Of a DNA stretch of 64,000 bases, positions 38,803 through 49,548 are shown piece by piece; position 1 is the stretch's first letter; each line of letters starts with the position of its first letter. Under the pieces are notes generated by a model. The model worked only from the letters and a program-made list of their open reading frames with translations. It was not told the origin of the DNA and ran no database searches. The translations under genes and the position numbers were made by a program. This stretch comes from an uncultured Planctomycetota bacterium (GTDB taxonomy: Bacteria; Planctomycetota; Phycisphaerae; Tepidisphaerales; Tepidisphaeraceae). The stretch is taken from the NCBI GenBank assembly GCA_963841915.1, contig CAWJEN010000004.1, positions 32,001 to 96,000 of the forward strand. Reading direction: 5' to 3'.

Positions 38803-39784
38803 TCATCGCGATGCCGCGTACCAGTCGACCGTCTGCTTCAGCCCGTCTTCAAAGCTGACGATCGGCTCGTACCCGAGCACCTGGCGCGACTTGTCGAGAC
38901 TCGCCAGCGAGTGCGGCACATCGCCGGGTCTTTCGGGCTGGTGGACAGCCGTCAGGTCCGGACGGTCGAGCGCCTGGGCCATCGTCGCGGCGAGCTGGGC
39001 CACCGTTGCCCGTTCGCCGATGCCGACGTTGAAGACTTCGCCCACGAGCGGCTCGGCGTGCCGGGCCGCCAGCAGGTTCGCGTGAACCACGTTGTACACG
39101 TGCGTGAAGTCGCGTGACGCGCTTCCGTCGCCATAGATCGTCGGCTGCTTGCCGGCGAGCAGGTCGCGGGCGAAGGCGGCGATTACACCGGCGTACGCGC
39201 TGTTGGCGTTCTGCCGCGGACCGAAGACGTTGAAGTACCGCAAGCACGCGGCATCGAGGCTGTAGCACGACGCATAGGCCCGGGCGTATCCCTCGCCGGC
39301 CAGCTTGGCGGCGGCGTACGGACTTTGCGGCATCGCCGGCATCGACTCCACCTTCGGCAGCGTCGGCTGGTCGCCGTACTGCGCTGCTGCTGGCCGAGTA
39401 GACCACCCGCGTCACATTCGCTTTGCGGGCAGCTTCGAGCACGTTGACGGTGCCGGTCGCGTCGGCAGCGTGGTAGGCGACGGGGTCGCTCACGCTGGCC
39501 GGTACGCTGACTTTGGCCGCGCAGTGGAAGACGAGGTCGCTGCCGATGGTTGCACGGTCGCACGACTCGAAACTGCTGATGTTGCCGCGAACGACGTTGG
39601 CATCGACGTATGACTTGGCGTTACCGCCGCTGCCGTCGTCAAGGATGCGCAGGCGAGCCCCGAGCGTGGCCAGCGCTTCGCAAAGGTGCCCACCGATGAA
39701 GCCGAGCCCGCCGGTGACCAGGATGTGTCGCCCGGCAAAGGCGTCGCCGTGGAGTTCCTTCCAATCGACGGCTACGTCTGACAC
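38803..39784 (-). pseudogene. NAD-dependent UDP-sugar epimerase split by a +1 frameshift at ~39379 (pseudogene or sequence error)
   Basis: GGLGFIG...SASSSA | YGDQPTLPKVE...YAAAK, LRYFNVFGPRQ; removing one base gives SASSSAYGD and a 326 aa protein. Confidence 0.85.
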
Positions 39785-39831
39785 GCGGGCAGCCTAGGGC
39801 AGGCGTCGGGACATCCCGCTACCGTCCTGCG

Positions 39832-40995
39832 GTGAAGGACGCGACCGACAGCCTCGATGTGCTGCACGTCACGCCCCGGCTCGGGCGGTGCGGCGGCGGG
39901 GTCTGGCAATTCGTCAGCGACCTCGCCCTTGCCCAGGCCGAGTCAGGCCAGCGGGTGGCGGTTGTGGGTCTCGACTGCGACGGGCTGGACCAGGATGCCA
40001 AGCTGCTCCGGAGTCATCACCGCGTCGAGCTGCACGTGGCAAAGGCATCGCTGTGTCCCGTTAAAGCGCTCGGATATTCGCGGGATCTCGAACGGCAGAT
40101 CGATGCGCTGGCGGCACGGGCCAAGCTCATCCACGCCCACGGCGGCCTGCGGATGTGGACGCTGTCACCCGTCCGCCGGGCGGCAAAGCGACACGACGTG
40201 CCGATGCTCCTTGCCCCTCACGGCGGCCTGTACCCGTGGATGCTCGGCCGCAACCGGCTCAAGAAAAGGCTCCTCTACCACGTGCTCGACCGGCGAAACC
40301 TGGCAGCCGTCGACCAACTTCACGCGACGTGCGAGCAGGAGCTTGGGTACTGCCGTGACTACGGCCTGACGCAACCTGCCGCCGTCGTGCCACCGGGTGT
40401 GCGAGCGCTGCCCGAGGGCGACAACAAGCGGTTCCTGAACGGACATCCAAACCTTCGCGGCAAGCGTTTGTGCGGATTTTTAGGCTACTTTGACCGAAAG
40501 AAGGGCTTGCTCCGATTGGTTCGGGCGTGGGCGAAGACGCAGCCGGACGACTGGCATCTTGTAATTGCCGGCCACGATCAGGGCGGGCATCAGGCGGAGG
40601 TGGAGGCCGAGATCGAGCGACTCGATATGCGCGATCGCGTGACGATCCTCGGGCCGCAGATGGCCCAGGCCAAGAGCGATTATCTGTCGTCACTGGACCT
40701 GTTCGTGTTGCCCACCGACTGGGAAAACTTCGGCGTCGTGCTCGGCGAGGCGTTGTCGCTGGGCGTCCCGATCGTCACGACCACGAACACGCCTTGGCAG
40801 TGGATCAAGACGGCAGGCGTGGGCTGGTTCATCGAGCCGACGGAGGAAGCGCTGGTGGCGTGTCTGCGAGAAGCCACAGGGCAGCCGCGGCGTCAGATCG
40901 ATCGAGCGGTTGTGGTGCAGCGGCTGTCGTGGGCGCGGTCGGTCGAGGCGCTTCGGGAGGCGACGGATGCGCTAGCGGAGGCGAAGAACAGATGA
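39832..40995 (+). CDS. Glycosyltransferase family 4
   Basis: KKG, ENFGVVLGEALSLG (EX7E). Confidence 0.88.
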   Translation: MKDATDSLDVLHVTPRLGRCGGGVWQFVSDLALAQAESGQRVAVVGLDCDGLDQDAKLLRSHHRVELHVAKASLCPVKALGYSRDLERQIDALAARAKLIHAHGGLRMWTLSPVRRAAKRHDVPMLLAPHGGLYPWMLGRNRLKKRLLYHVLDRRNLAAVDQLHATCEQELGYCRDYGLTQPAAVVPPGVRALPEGDNKRFLNGHPNLRGKRLCGFLGYFDRKKGLLRLVRAWAKTQPDDWHLVIAGHDQGGHQAEVEAEIERLDMRDRVTILGPQMAQAKSDYLSSLDLFVLPTDWENFGVVLGEALSLGVPIVTTTNTPWQWIKTAGVGWFIEPTEEALVACLREATGQPRRQIDRAVVVQRLSWARSVEALREATDALAEAKNR

Positions 40996-41112
40996 CAGTG
41001 TCGTGCTTACCACCGCGTGTTGCGTCAGATTGCGTGGTGGGTGCTGACCGCACCAACACACCGGCGGTCCGTGGGACCGCTGGTCTGCGGGTGCGTGAAG
41101 CTCACCACTTGC

Positions 41113-41625
41113 TCAATGCTGCAACAAGGCACGCCATACATCGAGCATGAACCACTGCACGGCAAGCAAGGTCACGGCTGTCAAGATGAACACGCTGAGC
41201 AGCAGACGGCGACGCCACGGCTTGGACTGAGCGGCATCGACGGCTTGAGCGACGACGGACTGGGGTCGGAGCCGCTGTTGCCAAGCTTGCTCGACACCCG
41301 CCAGCACGCGGGCGGCGGCGGCGGGGGCGATGCCAAGGACGTCTGCCTGGCGGAGCAGGCCGTCGCGGTCGTCGGCGTCGAGGCCACCTGTCGCCGGGTC
41401 CGTCCAGCGAGTCAGCCGTCGTGTGGCAGATTCGGCCAGCAGACGGACGGCGCGGTCACCGGCTGTCGTGTGTTGCTTAGGCCGAAGCGAGGCAAAGCTG
41501 CCCGTCACCGCGTTGCCGACAATCGCGGCGGCTTGATCTGACAGACGTTCTGCGGCGAGCTTTTGCCGATGCTCGGCCAGCGCCTGGACGTGGGAGTTGA
41601 TGTGGGGCGTAGCGGCCGGCTTCAT
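41113..41625 (-). CDS. Hypothetical membrane protein
   Basis: C-terminal hydrophobic helix; fills the gap between genes. Confidence 0.55.
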   Translation of the reverse strand: MKPAATPHINSHVQALAEHRQKLAAERLSDQAAAIVGNAVTGSFASLRPKQHTTAGDRAVRLLAESATRRLTRWTDPATGGLDADDRDGLLRQADVLGIAPAAAARVLAGVEQAWQQRLRPQSVVAQAVDAAQSKPWRRRLLLSVFILTAVTLLAVQWFMLDVWRALLQH

Positions 41626-41723
41626 GAGTTCCCCTGACGCGTTTGCATCGGCACAATGCAGCAGCGACGCGCCGTGCGTCGCTTTATGGGCGGGGTGCCC
41701 CGAGTTGTCCGCTACGCTGCATC

Positions 41724-42632
41724 ATGAGCACCGAACCTACTCCTGCCGGTGCCCGTCGCGGCAAGTGGCTCAAGACCATTGCCGTGGTCGGCCTGCTGGT
41801 CCTGGCCGCCGCCGCCGGCTTTGCCTACTACACTTGGTCCTCGGCCTCGGCTGTGCCGGATTATTATGCCAGGCAACGACTTAGCGGAGACGAGCGGCTC
41901 GAAGCTATCGCCAGCGTCGAGCGCAAGTTCGGCAACCTGCAGGGCAGCCTGGGGCAAGCTTTGGCCTCACAACAGACCAGCCAAGCCGCTGAGGCCGTAG
42001 AGCCTATCGAGCTGACCTTTGAGGCGGCAGAGCTAGATACGTACTTCGAAAAATGGCTTGAAGACAACGATTACGGGGAGGCGTTCGGCAAGTACATGAC
42101 CGACCCGCGGCTGCTCATGAACGAGGGTCGCCTCGTGCTCGCAGGTCGTGCGACGCTGCCGGCGGTGGGGCAGTCTGTTGTGTCGATGCACTTTTTGCCT
42201 TCGGTCGGGGCAGAGGGTAACGCGCAGATCGAGCTCGAAGCGGTTTACGCCGGCGTGGTGTCGCTGCCGGACTCGGCGGTGCAGCCGATGCGGGACAAGG
42301 CGGCGCAGGCCATTGAGAACCGGCTGCCGACGTATCTGGAGAGCGCGGCCATCAACGACGACGGTTCGGCCAACCAGGCGGCGGTCGACCTGGCCATCGA
42401 TCGGCAGCTTGCGCGGATTCTCGATGATCTGCCGGTCGAGGACTTCATCCTCTTTCCGCCGTTGCTGAACCGCGGCCCGATCGCGACGCGGGTGACGGCC
42501 ATGACCATTGAAGACGGCATCATGACGCTGCGTCTTGTCCCACTGACGAGCGAAGAGCGGCTGGCGTACATTGAAGCCATTAGAGCCGACCCGACTGACG
42601 CGGTGGACGTCGATGAGTTGGTCGCCGGGTAG
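41724..42632 (+). CDS. Hypothetical membrane-anchored protein
   Basis: N-terminal TM (IAVVGLLVLAAAAGFAYY); host-like codon usage. Confidence 0.7.
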   Translation: MSTEPTPAGARRGKWLKTIAVVGLLVLAAAAGFAYYTWSSASAVPDYYARQRLSGDERLEAIASVERKFGNLQGSLGQALASQQTSQAAEAVEPIELTFEAAELDTYFEKWLEDNDYGEAFGKYMTDPRLLMNEGRLVLAGRATLPAVGQSVVSMHFLPSVGAEGNAQIELEAVYAGVVSLPDSAVQPMRDKAAQAIENRLPTYLESAAINDDGSANQAAVDLAIDRQLARILDDLPVEDFILFPPLLNRGPIATRVTAMTIEDGIMTLRLVPLTSEERLAYIEAIRADPTDAVDVDELVAG

Positions 42633-42720
42633 AGGTGGCTATGTTGTCGGCGTGTCCGTGGAGCCTTCTGCATCAGTGCCCGCCAAGGCAACCACGTTCG
42701 ATGATCGCAGTCCGGAGAAC

Positions 42721-43335
42721 ATGACGCGGTTCTACCGCTTCATCCAGATACTGTCGAACGGGCTGGGCAAGGTGTTTGTCCAGTTCAAGGCGATCGGGAC
42801 CGAGAACGTGCCGATGGAGGGTGGCGTGCTGATCATCAGCAACCACCAGAGCAACCTCGATCCGCCGCTGCTGGGTATGGGCCTCAAGCGGCCTGTCGCG
42901 TTCTTGGCCAAGAGCCAGCTGTTCAAGTACAAGGCGTTCGCGAAGTTCATACGCGCGCTCAATGCCTTCCCGGTGAAGCTCGGGGCAGGCGACATAGGTG
43001 CGATGCGAGAGTCGATCCGGCTGCTGCAGGCAGGTTGGATTCTGAACGTCTTTGCGGAGGGATCGCGGACATTCGACGGCGACTTGCAACCGGCGCAGAA
43101 GGGTGCCGGCCTGCTTATCCGCAAGTGCGGCGTGCCCGTCGTGCCGGCGGTGATCGACGGGTCGTTCCAGTCGTGGCCGCGAGGGACAAAGTTCCCGAAG
43201 ATGTCGAAGATCACGGTGGTGTACGGGCCTGCGGTGGACCTGTCGCACATGAAGGCTGACGAGATTCGTCAGTGGATTGACGAAACGCTGGGCCAGATGC
43301 TGAGCGATTTGCGCAGCGGAAAGACGCGCCCGTGA
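42721..43335 (+). CDS. plsC: Lysophospholipid (1-acyl-G3P) acyltransferase
   Basis: NHQSNLD (HX4D), FAEGSRT, VPVVP. Confidence 0.88.
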   Translation: MTRFYRFIQILSNGLGKVFVQFKAIGTENVPMEGGVLIISNHQSNLDPPLLGMGLKRPVAFLAKSQLFKYKAFAKFIRALNAFPVKLGAGDIGAMRESIRLLQAGWILNVFAEGSRTFDGDLQPAQKGAGLLIRKCGVPVVPAVIDGSFQSWPRGTKFPKMSKITVVYGPAVDLSHMKADEIRQWIDETLGQMLSDLRSGKTRP

Positions 43336-43712
43336 GTGATCGTCTCAGCGAGTTGACAGCGGCTGTGCTGCAGTTCCGCGAGGAGCGGGATTGGAAGCAG
43401 TTTCACAACCCCAAGGACCAATTGCTGTCGCTCGCACTCGAGGCGGCTGAGGTGCTGGAACTTGCGCAGTGGAAGGAGGGAGACGAACTCGAGGCTCACC
43501 TGCGTGAGAAGCATGAGGATTTGGCGGACGAGTTGAGCGACGTGCTGGCGTGGGTGCTGCTCATCGCCAGCGACCGCGGCATCGACCTGGGCGAAGCGTT
43601 TGCAGCCAAGCTGGTGAAGAATGCCCGCAAGTACCCGGTCGCCCGTTCTCGCGGCAGGGCGACGAAGTATGATCAGCTAAAGGGCTCAGGCGGCCCTTCA
43701 AGTGACACATGA
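43332..43712 (+). CDS. MazG-like nucleotide pyrophosphohydrolase
   Basis: ERDWKQFHNPK, EAAEVLE, DELSDV, KNARKYP. Confidence 0.9.
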   Translation: MSDRLSELTAAVLQFREERDWKQFHNPKDQLLSLALEAAEVLELAQWKEGDELEAHLREKHEDLADELSDVLAWVLLIASDRGIDLGEAFAAKLVKNARKYPVARSRGRATKYDQLKGSGGPSSDT

Positions 43713-44191
43713 CGCTCACGCTCGACAAGCCGAAGGTCCTGACGCCGCCGTTGGTTGCGGTGCGGGCGACGGCAAACGCCCGTCTCATTGCCGCCGTGGT
43801 CGCCGTCGCTTGCCTGGCGCTCTTTGCAGCCGCTGCCTACCTCACGCCGGACCCGGCCGGTGTCGGCACGACGACGCGGCTCGGGCTCGAGCCCTGCAAC
43901 TTTCTTAAGACCACCGGTATCCCGTGCGCTGGCTGCGGGTTGACGACCGCGTTCAACCACGCTGTTCGCTGGCAATTTGCCAGTGCGTTCTACGTGCAGC
44001 CGCTCGGGGCGGTGTTGGCGTTGCTGGTGCCGATCGCGTTCTGGATTGCTGCGGCCGTCGCTGTGACAGGCAGACCGATTCATAAGCTCGTCACCCGCGC
44101 GATCGGCGGCCGCGGGGTAAATGTCATCGTCGCCTCGGTCGGCTTCGGCATCTTCGCTTGGGGCTGGAAGATCGTCACGACGCTCGCCTGA
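43709..44191 (+). CDS. DUF2752 membrane protein
   Basis: C...TGIPCAGCGLTTA, several TM helices. Confidence 0.85.
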   Translation: MTLTLDKPKVLTPPLVAVRATANARLIAAVVAVACLALFAAAAYLTPDPAGVGTTTRLGLEPCNFLKTTGIPCAGCGLTTAFNHAVRWQFASAFYVQPLGAVLALLVPIAFWIAAAVAVTGRPIHKLVTRAIGGRGVNVIVASVGFGIFAWGWKIVTTLA

Positions 44192-44194
44192 AGC

Positions 44195-45214
44195 TCATGC
44201 CTCGACCGGCTCTGCCTTTTCACGTGCGCGGAGCACTTGCGTCACGCGAAGGGCCTTGTTCCCGCGAAATTGACCGATCTTGCCGGTGAGCTTGTTGCGG
44301 CCCTCGATATCGATGACCACGGTGCCGGTAATGGGTTTGTCGGTCGTCAGCACGTCGCCGACCTGCAGGCCGAGCAGGTCGCTGAGGGTCATGGTCGTCT
44401 TGGCCAGCGTCGCCCGTAGCTCCACCGGGGCGGCGGCGAGGCCTTCTTTGAGTCGTTCTTCACCCGCATCACCCGGTCCGCGGCGAGTTTCATAGGTGAA
44501 CCAGCTTTGCTGGCTGACCCGGCTCATGATCGGCTCCATCGCCTGATACGGGATGCAGAGGGCCATCGTACCGGCCCGGTGGCCCATCTTGATCTCGAAG
44601 CCGACGACGACAACCGTCTCGTTCGGCGGCACGATTTGCACGAGCTGAGGGTTGCTCTCGAAGTCGACGACAGAGAACGTCGCCGGGATGATTTGGCTCC
44701 AGGCCTCGCCGAGGTGGTGCGTGATGCGGTCAGTGATGCGTTGGATCAGCCGTTGCTCGATCTGCGTGAGCGGCCGCTGTGGGATGAACAGGTCGGCGTT
44801 GCTGCCGCCCAGCAGGCGGTCGATGATCGGGTAGACGATGAGCGGGCTGATCTCGAGACAGAGCTGGCCGTTGAGCTCTTCGCTGCCGAGTAGGTTGAAA
44901 CACGTCGGATTCGGCAACGAGTGGACAAACTCGCTGTAGGAAAGCTGCTCGATGTGGCTGACGTTGACCTCGACGATGGTCCGCAGGTAGCCGCTCAGGC
45001 TTGCTCCGAGGTTGCGGGCAAAGGCGTCGTGGAGGGTTTCCAGGGCCCGTGCCTGCTCCTTACCGACGCGTTCGGGTCGCTTGAAGTCGTACGACTGGAC
45101 CATGATCTCCGCAGAGGAGACCTCTTGGCTTTCGGCCGAGCCGAGGTCGAGCCCGCCGCCGTCAACGGCGCTGAGCAGGGCATCGATTTCACTTTGGTCT
45201 AGTACGTCTGACAA
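44195..45214 (-). CDS. fliM: Flagellar motor switch protein FliM
   Basis: VLDQSEIDALL, YDFKRPER, C-terminal SpoA domain. Confidence 0.95.
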   Translation of the reverse strand: MSDVLDQSEIDALLSAVDGGGLDLGSAESQEVSSAEIMVQSYDFKRPERVGKEQARALETLHDAFARNLGASLSGYLRTIVEVNVSHIEQLSYSEFVHSLPNPTCFNLLGSEELNGQLCLEISPLIVYPIIDRLLGGSNADLFIPQRPLTQIEQRLIQRITDRITHHLGEAWSQIIPATFSVVDFESNPQLVQIVPPNETVVVVGFEIKMGHRAGTMALCIPYQAMEPIMSRVSQQSWFTYETRRGPGDAGEERLKEGLAAAPVELRATLAKTTMTLSDLLGLQVGDVLTTDKPITGTVVIDIEGRNKLTGKIGQFRGNKALRVTQVLRAREKAEPVEA

Positions 45215-45365
45215 CGCGTCGACCTCCTGTCGGCGGCGGGGAAGGCAGGCGCGTCCGTGCGCCGTCCAACTTCATTATCGGTCGTCCGTGCCAGATGGCA
45301 ACAACGAGCGTCCGGATAAACAGTCTCCACCTCAGCCGCCTCGACCCAACGACGATGCCCAAGGC

Positions 45366-46727
45366 ATGAAAGCGCCTGCTCAAGCACCCGCCGGTGCCTC
45401 CGACACGCCGCAGGCGGGGCGTTCGATGAGCCGCAGCATTGCCCACCAGAAGCGGGCCCACCAGATTATCCCCGGTGCCGCCCATACCTACGCCAAGGGT
45501 GACGACCAGTACGCCCTCGGTTTGGCCCCGGTTATCTCACGCGGCGACGGGTGTCATGTCTGGGATCTCGACGGCAACGAGTACATCGAGTTCGGCAGCG
45601 GTGTCCGCAGCGTCACGCTCGGGCACAACCATCCACGCGTCAGCGAAGCAGCCGCCGCGACGCTTCGCAACGGCACCAACTTCGCTCGTCCCGCCGCCAT
45701 CGAGCTGGAGACTGCAGAGACCTTCCTCGACTGCGTCCCGTCGGCTCAAATGGTCAAGTTTGCCAAGAACGGCAGCGACTGCACGACCGCCGCGGTCAAA
45801 CTCGCCCGCGCCGTCACCGGGAAGAAGCTCGTCGCCGTCTGCTCGTCGCAGCCGTTCTTTTCCGTCGACGACTGGTTCATCGGCACCGTCAACATGGCCG
45901 ACGGCGTGCCTGACGAAGTGGCGAAGCTCACCGTCCAGTTCCCGTTCAACGACCTCGGGGCACTCGAGACGTTGCTGGTCATTCGCGGCCACGACGTTGC
46001 GTGTGTGATGCTCGAGGCCGAGCGGGATGAGGTGCCGGAACCCGGCTACCTCGCTGCCGTCCGCAAGCTGTGCGATCGGCACGGCTGCCTGCTCGTTGTC
46101 GATGAAACCATTGCCGGTTTTCGCCTGAGCGTCGACGGAGGACACGGGCTGCACGCGATGGACCCGGACCTGACGACCTGGGGCAAAGGCATGGCCAACG
46201 GCTTCAGCGTTTCGGCCCTTGCCGGTAAGCGACAATTCATGGAGCGGGGCGGCCTGACGACGAGCGACGAGCGCTGCTTCCTGTTGAGCCTGACCCACGG
46301 CGGCGAGACGCACTGCCTGGCGGCGGCGATGGCGACGATGGCCGAGTGCCGCGACACCGACGTACCGGCGAGGCTCGCCCACGCCGGTCGCAGGTTGGCC
46401 GATCAGGTCGACGCCGCCGCCAAGGCAGAGGGCATCTTCGAGTACTTTCACTCCCAGGGTCATCCTTCGAACCTCGTGTACGCGACGAAAGACGCCGACG
46501 GCAACCGCAGTCAGTTGTTCCGCACGCTGTTCCTGCAGGAGTCGGTGAAACGTGGCCTGATCGCGCCGAACCTGGTTGTATCTGCCGCCCACGACGACGC
46601 AGCCATTGATCGCGCCGCCGAGCTGATTGCCGACGTGCTCCCAACCTACAGAAGGGCCCTGGAAGATGGCGTCGAGCATCACCTCGTTGGCCGCCCGGTG
46701 AAGCCGGTATTCCGCCGATTCAACTGA
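45366..46727 (+). CDS. Class III aminotransferase, glutamate-1-semialdehyde aminomutase-like
   Basis: WDLDGNEYI, KFAKNGSD, VDETIAGFR, WGKGMANG; start uncertain (45288/45366/45426). Confidence 0.85.
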   Translation: MKAPAQAPAGASDTPQAGRSMSRSIAHQKRAHQIIPGAAHTYAKGDDQYALGLAPVISRGDGCHVWDLDGNEYIEFGSGVRSVTLGHNHPRVSEAAAATLRNGTNFARPAAIELETAETFLDCVPSAQMVKFAKNGSDCTTAAVKLARAVTGKKLVAVCSSQPFFSVDDWFIGTVNMADGVPDEVAKLTVQFPFNDLGALETLLVIRGHDVACVMLEAERDEVPEPGYLAAVRKLCDRHGCLLVVDETIAGFRLSVDGGHGLHAMDPDLTTWGKGMANGFSVSALAGKRQFMERGGLTTSDERCFLLSLTHGGETHCLAAAMATMAECRDTDVPARLAHAGRRLADQVDAAAKAEGIFEYFHSQGHPSNLVYATKDADGNRSQLFRTLFLQESVKRGLIAPNLVVSAAHDDAAIDRAAELIADVLPTYRRALEDGVEHHLVGRPVKPVFRRFN

Positions 46728-46793
46728 AGATGGCTTGGCTTTCACTGCATTTGTGTAGTATCAACAGCGAGGCGGCTGAAGTACATCAAGGGA

Positions 46794-47141
46794 ATGTCTA
46801 AGCCCCTTCCCATCGACCACGTGGCCGTCCCGTCGAACGACATCAAGCGAAGCGTCACCTACTACAGCGAAACTTTCGGCGGCAAGGTGCTCTACCAGGA
46901 CGACACGTGGGCGTTCCTGCAGATGGGCGACGTCAAGCTCGCGATCGTCACCCCCAGCGAGCATCCGCCGCACGTGGCGCTGCGGGTCTCAGCCGACGAA
47001 CTCGAACGACGGCACAAGGAAACGGGGGCGACACTCGACACCCATCGCGACGGTACGAAGGGGTTGTACCTCAAGGATCCCGACGGCAATGCCGTCGAAC
47101 TCATCTGCTACCCCGAAGGTGACACACCTTACAACGACTGA
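46794..47141 (+). CDS. VOC/glyoxalase family protein
   Basis: IDHVA, HVAL, YLKDPDGNAVE. Confidence 0.9.
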   Translation: MSKPLPIDHVAVPSNDIKRSVTYYSETFGGKVLYQDDTWAFLQMGDVKLAIVTPSEHPPHVALRVSADELERRHKETGATLDTHRDGTKGLYLKDPDGNAVELICYPEGDTPYND

Positions 47142-47219
47142 CCCGGCGGCCGTGGCCTTACCTGATCTTCACGATCGATGTGTTGTCGCGAGCGACGGCA
47201 AGCTGGTACAACGGCTTGC

Positions 47220-47798
47220 ATGAACGCTGCCCTTGTCATTGTGCTTGTGATCGTCGGCCTGCTCGTGGTGGTCGGCCTCGTCGCCGGCCTCTGGGCAGTT
47301 GGGGCTTACAACAAGCTCGTCGGCCTTCGCGAGGGCGTCCGGACCGGCTGGTCACAGATCGAGGTCCTCCTCAAGCGACGGCACGACCTTATCCCGAACC
47401 TCGTCGAGACCGTCAAGGCCTATGCCAGCCACGAGAGCGGGACGCTCGAAGCCGTCATCGCCGCCCGGAACGGTGCGGTGTCGGCCAAGGGCATCGAGTC
47501 GCAGGCGTCGGCGGAGAACGAACTCAGCGGTGCCCTCGGCCGCCTGTTCGCCGTCAGCGAGAACTATCCGGACCTCAAGGCCAACCAGAACTTCAGCCAA
47601 CTGCAGGGCGAGCTGACCACCACCGAGAACGGCATCGCCAGTCAGCGTCAGGCGTACAACAACACGGTGCGTCAGTACAACGAGACGATCCAAAGCGTCC
47701 CGACGAACTTCATTGCCGGCCCGTTTGGGTTCGAGGCCAAGCCGTTCTTCGAAGTCACGACCGAGGCCGAGCGTGAAGCACCGAAGGTGTCGTTCTGA
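47220..47798 (+). CDS. lemA: LemA family protein
   Basis: N-terminal TM, LKRRHDLIPNLV, ENYPDLKAN. Confidence 0.95.
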   Translation: MNAALVIVLVIVGLLVVVGLVAGLWAVGAYNKLVGLREGVRTGWSQIEVLLKRRHDLIPNLVETVKAYASHESGTLEAVIAARNGAVSAKGIESQASAENELSGALGRLFAVSENYPDLKANQNFSQLQGELTTTENGIASQRQAYNNTVRQYNETIQSVPTNFIAGPFGFEAKPFFEVTTEAEREAPKVSF

Positions 47799-47859
47799 GT
47801 CCGGTGGCTGTGCCTGCACATCGAGCGCAAGCCGTCGTCACTTTCGAGAGAGTCATCAC

Positions 47860-49539
47860 CTATTTGAACTCTGCCGCGGCGTGGGCGAGTAGTTCTTTGG
47901 CTTGCGCTCGCGTGGTCTTCGTGATGGTTTTACCGCCGATCATGCCGGCGAGTTCTTCGAGGCGGTCGTCGCCCTCCATCAGGCGGACTGTTGTCCGCGT
48001 GTCATCGGCCTGCTGCTTTTCGACCACAAGGTGCCGGTCGGCGTAGCTGGCGATCTGCGGCAGGTGCGTGATGCACAGCACCTGGTGCTGGTCGGCGAGC
48101 CGACGGAGCTTGTTGCCGACCACACTGGCCAGCCGCCCGCCCACATTGGCGTCGATCTCGTCAAACACCAACACGCTGACCTTGTCTTCCTTGGCCAGCA
48201 CCTGCTTGATGGCGAGCATGATGCGCGATAACTCGCCACCGGAGGCGATCCTGCGGAGCGGTTGCGGGTCGAGGCCGGGGTTGAGCTGGGCGACAAACTC
48301 GGCCGCGTCGCTGCCGGTCGGGCCATGCGTGTCGAGCGGGGCGACGTCGACGCGGAAGGTCGCCTTTTCCATGCCGAGTTCGTGCAACTGCTCGTCGATG
48401 ACGGGTCCAAGTTTCCTGGCGGCGGCCTGACGCTTCTTTCGCAACGTGGCCGCCTGCTTCTCGAGCTTGGCCTGCAGCGGCGCGAGCCTCGCCTCGAGCT
48501 CGCCAAGATTCTCGCTCTGCGACTTCAGGTCGGCGATTTGTTCCTTGAGCTTGGAGTGAGCAGCCAGAGCCGTTTCCATCGTGCCACCGTATTTGTGGAG
48601 CACGCGATGCAGGGCCGTCAGCCGCTCGTTAACCTCTTCCAGCTCTGCCGGGTCAAGATCGAGCTTGCCCATGTAGCGGGATAAGTCGCGTGCGGCCTCT
48701 TCAAGCTGGATCGAGCTGTTTCGCACGTTCTCCGCGATCGGCAGGACGGCCGCGTCGAGCGTGCCGAGGTCGTCGAGCGTGCGGACGATGATCTTGAGCC
48801 GGTCGACGATCGCGCCGTCGGCGTCGTACAGCTCCGAGGCCGCCTCTGCAGAATCGGTCTTGAGCTGTTCGAGGTTTTCTAGCACACCAGCCCGGCTCTG
48901 CAGCGTCTCGAATTCCGTCGGATCCAGCGCCGCCGCCTCGAGTTCGCCGGCCTGGAACGTGTAGAGCTCGAGCGTTTGCTCCCGCACCTGCCGCCCACGC
49001 GTCAGGTCGGCAAGGCGTTTACGGGCAGTCTGGAGCTGGTCGAAGGTCTGCCGATACGCCTCGCGGTCCGTGCCCGTCGCAGCAAAGCCGTCGAGCACGT
49101 CGAGTTGGTTGGCCGGCTTGAGCAGAAAGGCCGAGTCGTGCTGGCCGTGGACGTCGACGAGCAGTTCGCCGATGTCACGGAGCTGGGCGAGCGTGACAGT
49201 CGAGCCGTTGACGCTGACCCGCGTGCGGCCGGTCTTGAAGAGGCGACGCTTGAGGATCAGGCCGTCATCCTCGGCATCGTCCAGCGGCAAATCGAGAACG
49301 GCACGCACCTTCTCGAGCATGGCCGACGAGACATCGAAGACGCCCGTTACGCGACCTTCGTCAGTTCCCTTTCGCAACAGATCGGCAGCGCCCTTCAGGC
49401 CCAGCAGCACGTTGACCGCTCCGATGACAAAGCTCTTACCCGCACCGGTCGCGCCTGTGAAGCAGTTCAGCCCGGGCACGAGTTCGACCCGCGCCTCGGC
49501 GATCACCGCGAGATTAACGATGTGCAATTCTCGGAGCAC
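47860..49539 (-). CDS. recN: DNA repair protein RecN
   Basis: TGATGAGKS, HGQH, ASGGELSR, FDEID, ITHLPQIA. Confidence 0.96.
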   Translation of the reverse strand: MLRELHIVNLAVIAEARVELVPGLNCFTGATGAGKSFVIGAVNVLLGLKGAADLLRKGTDEGRVTGVFDVSSAMLEKVRAVLDLPLDDAEDDGLILKRRLFKTGRTRVSVNGSTVTLAQLRDIGELLVDVHGQHDSAFLLKPANQLDVLDGFAATGTDREAYRQTFDQLQTARKRLADLTRGRQVREQTLELYTFQAGELEAAALDPTEFETLQSRAGVLENLEQLKTDSAEAASELYDADGAIVDRLKIIVRTLDDLGTLDAAVLPIAENVRNSSIQLEEAARDLSRYMGKLDLDPAELEEVNERLTALHRVLHKYGGTMETALAAHSKLKEQIADLKSQSENLGELEARLAPLQAKLEKQAATLRKKRQAAARKLGPVIDEQLHELGMEKATFRVDVAPLDTHGPTGSDAAEFVAQLNPGLDPQPLRRIASGGELSRIMLAIKQVLAKEDKVSVLVFDEIDANVGGRLASVVGNKLRRLADQHQVLCITHLPQIASYADRHLVVEKQQADDTRTTVRLMEGDDRLEELAGMIGGKTITKTTRAQAKELLAHAAAEFK

Positions 49540-49548
49540 GACGTTGCC

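Noticed and set aside
45366..46727. Calling this gene hemL
   Set aside because: It lacks the PGGVNSPVR and GCYHG signatures; it looks like a GSA-like paralogue, so no symbol was assigned.
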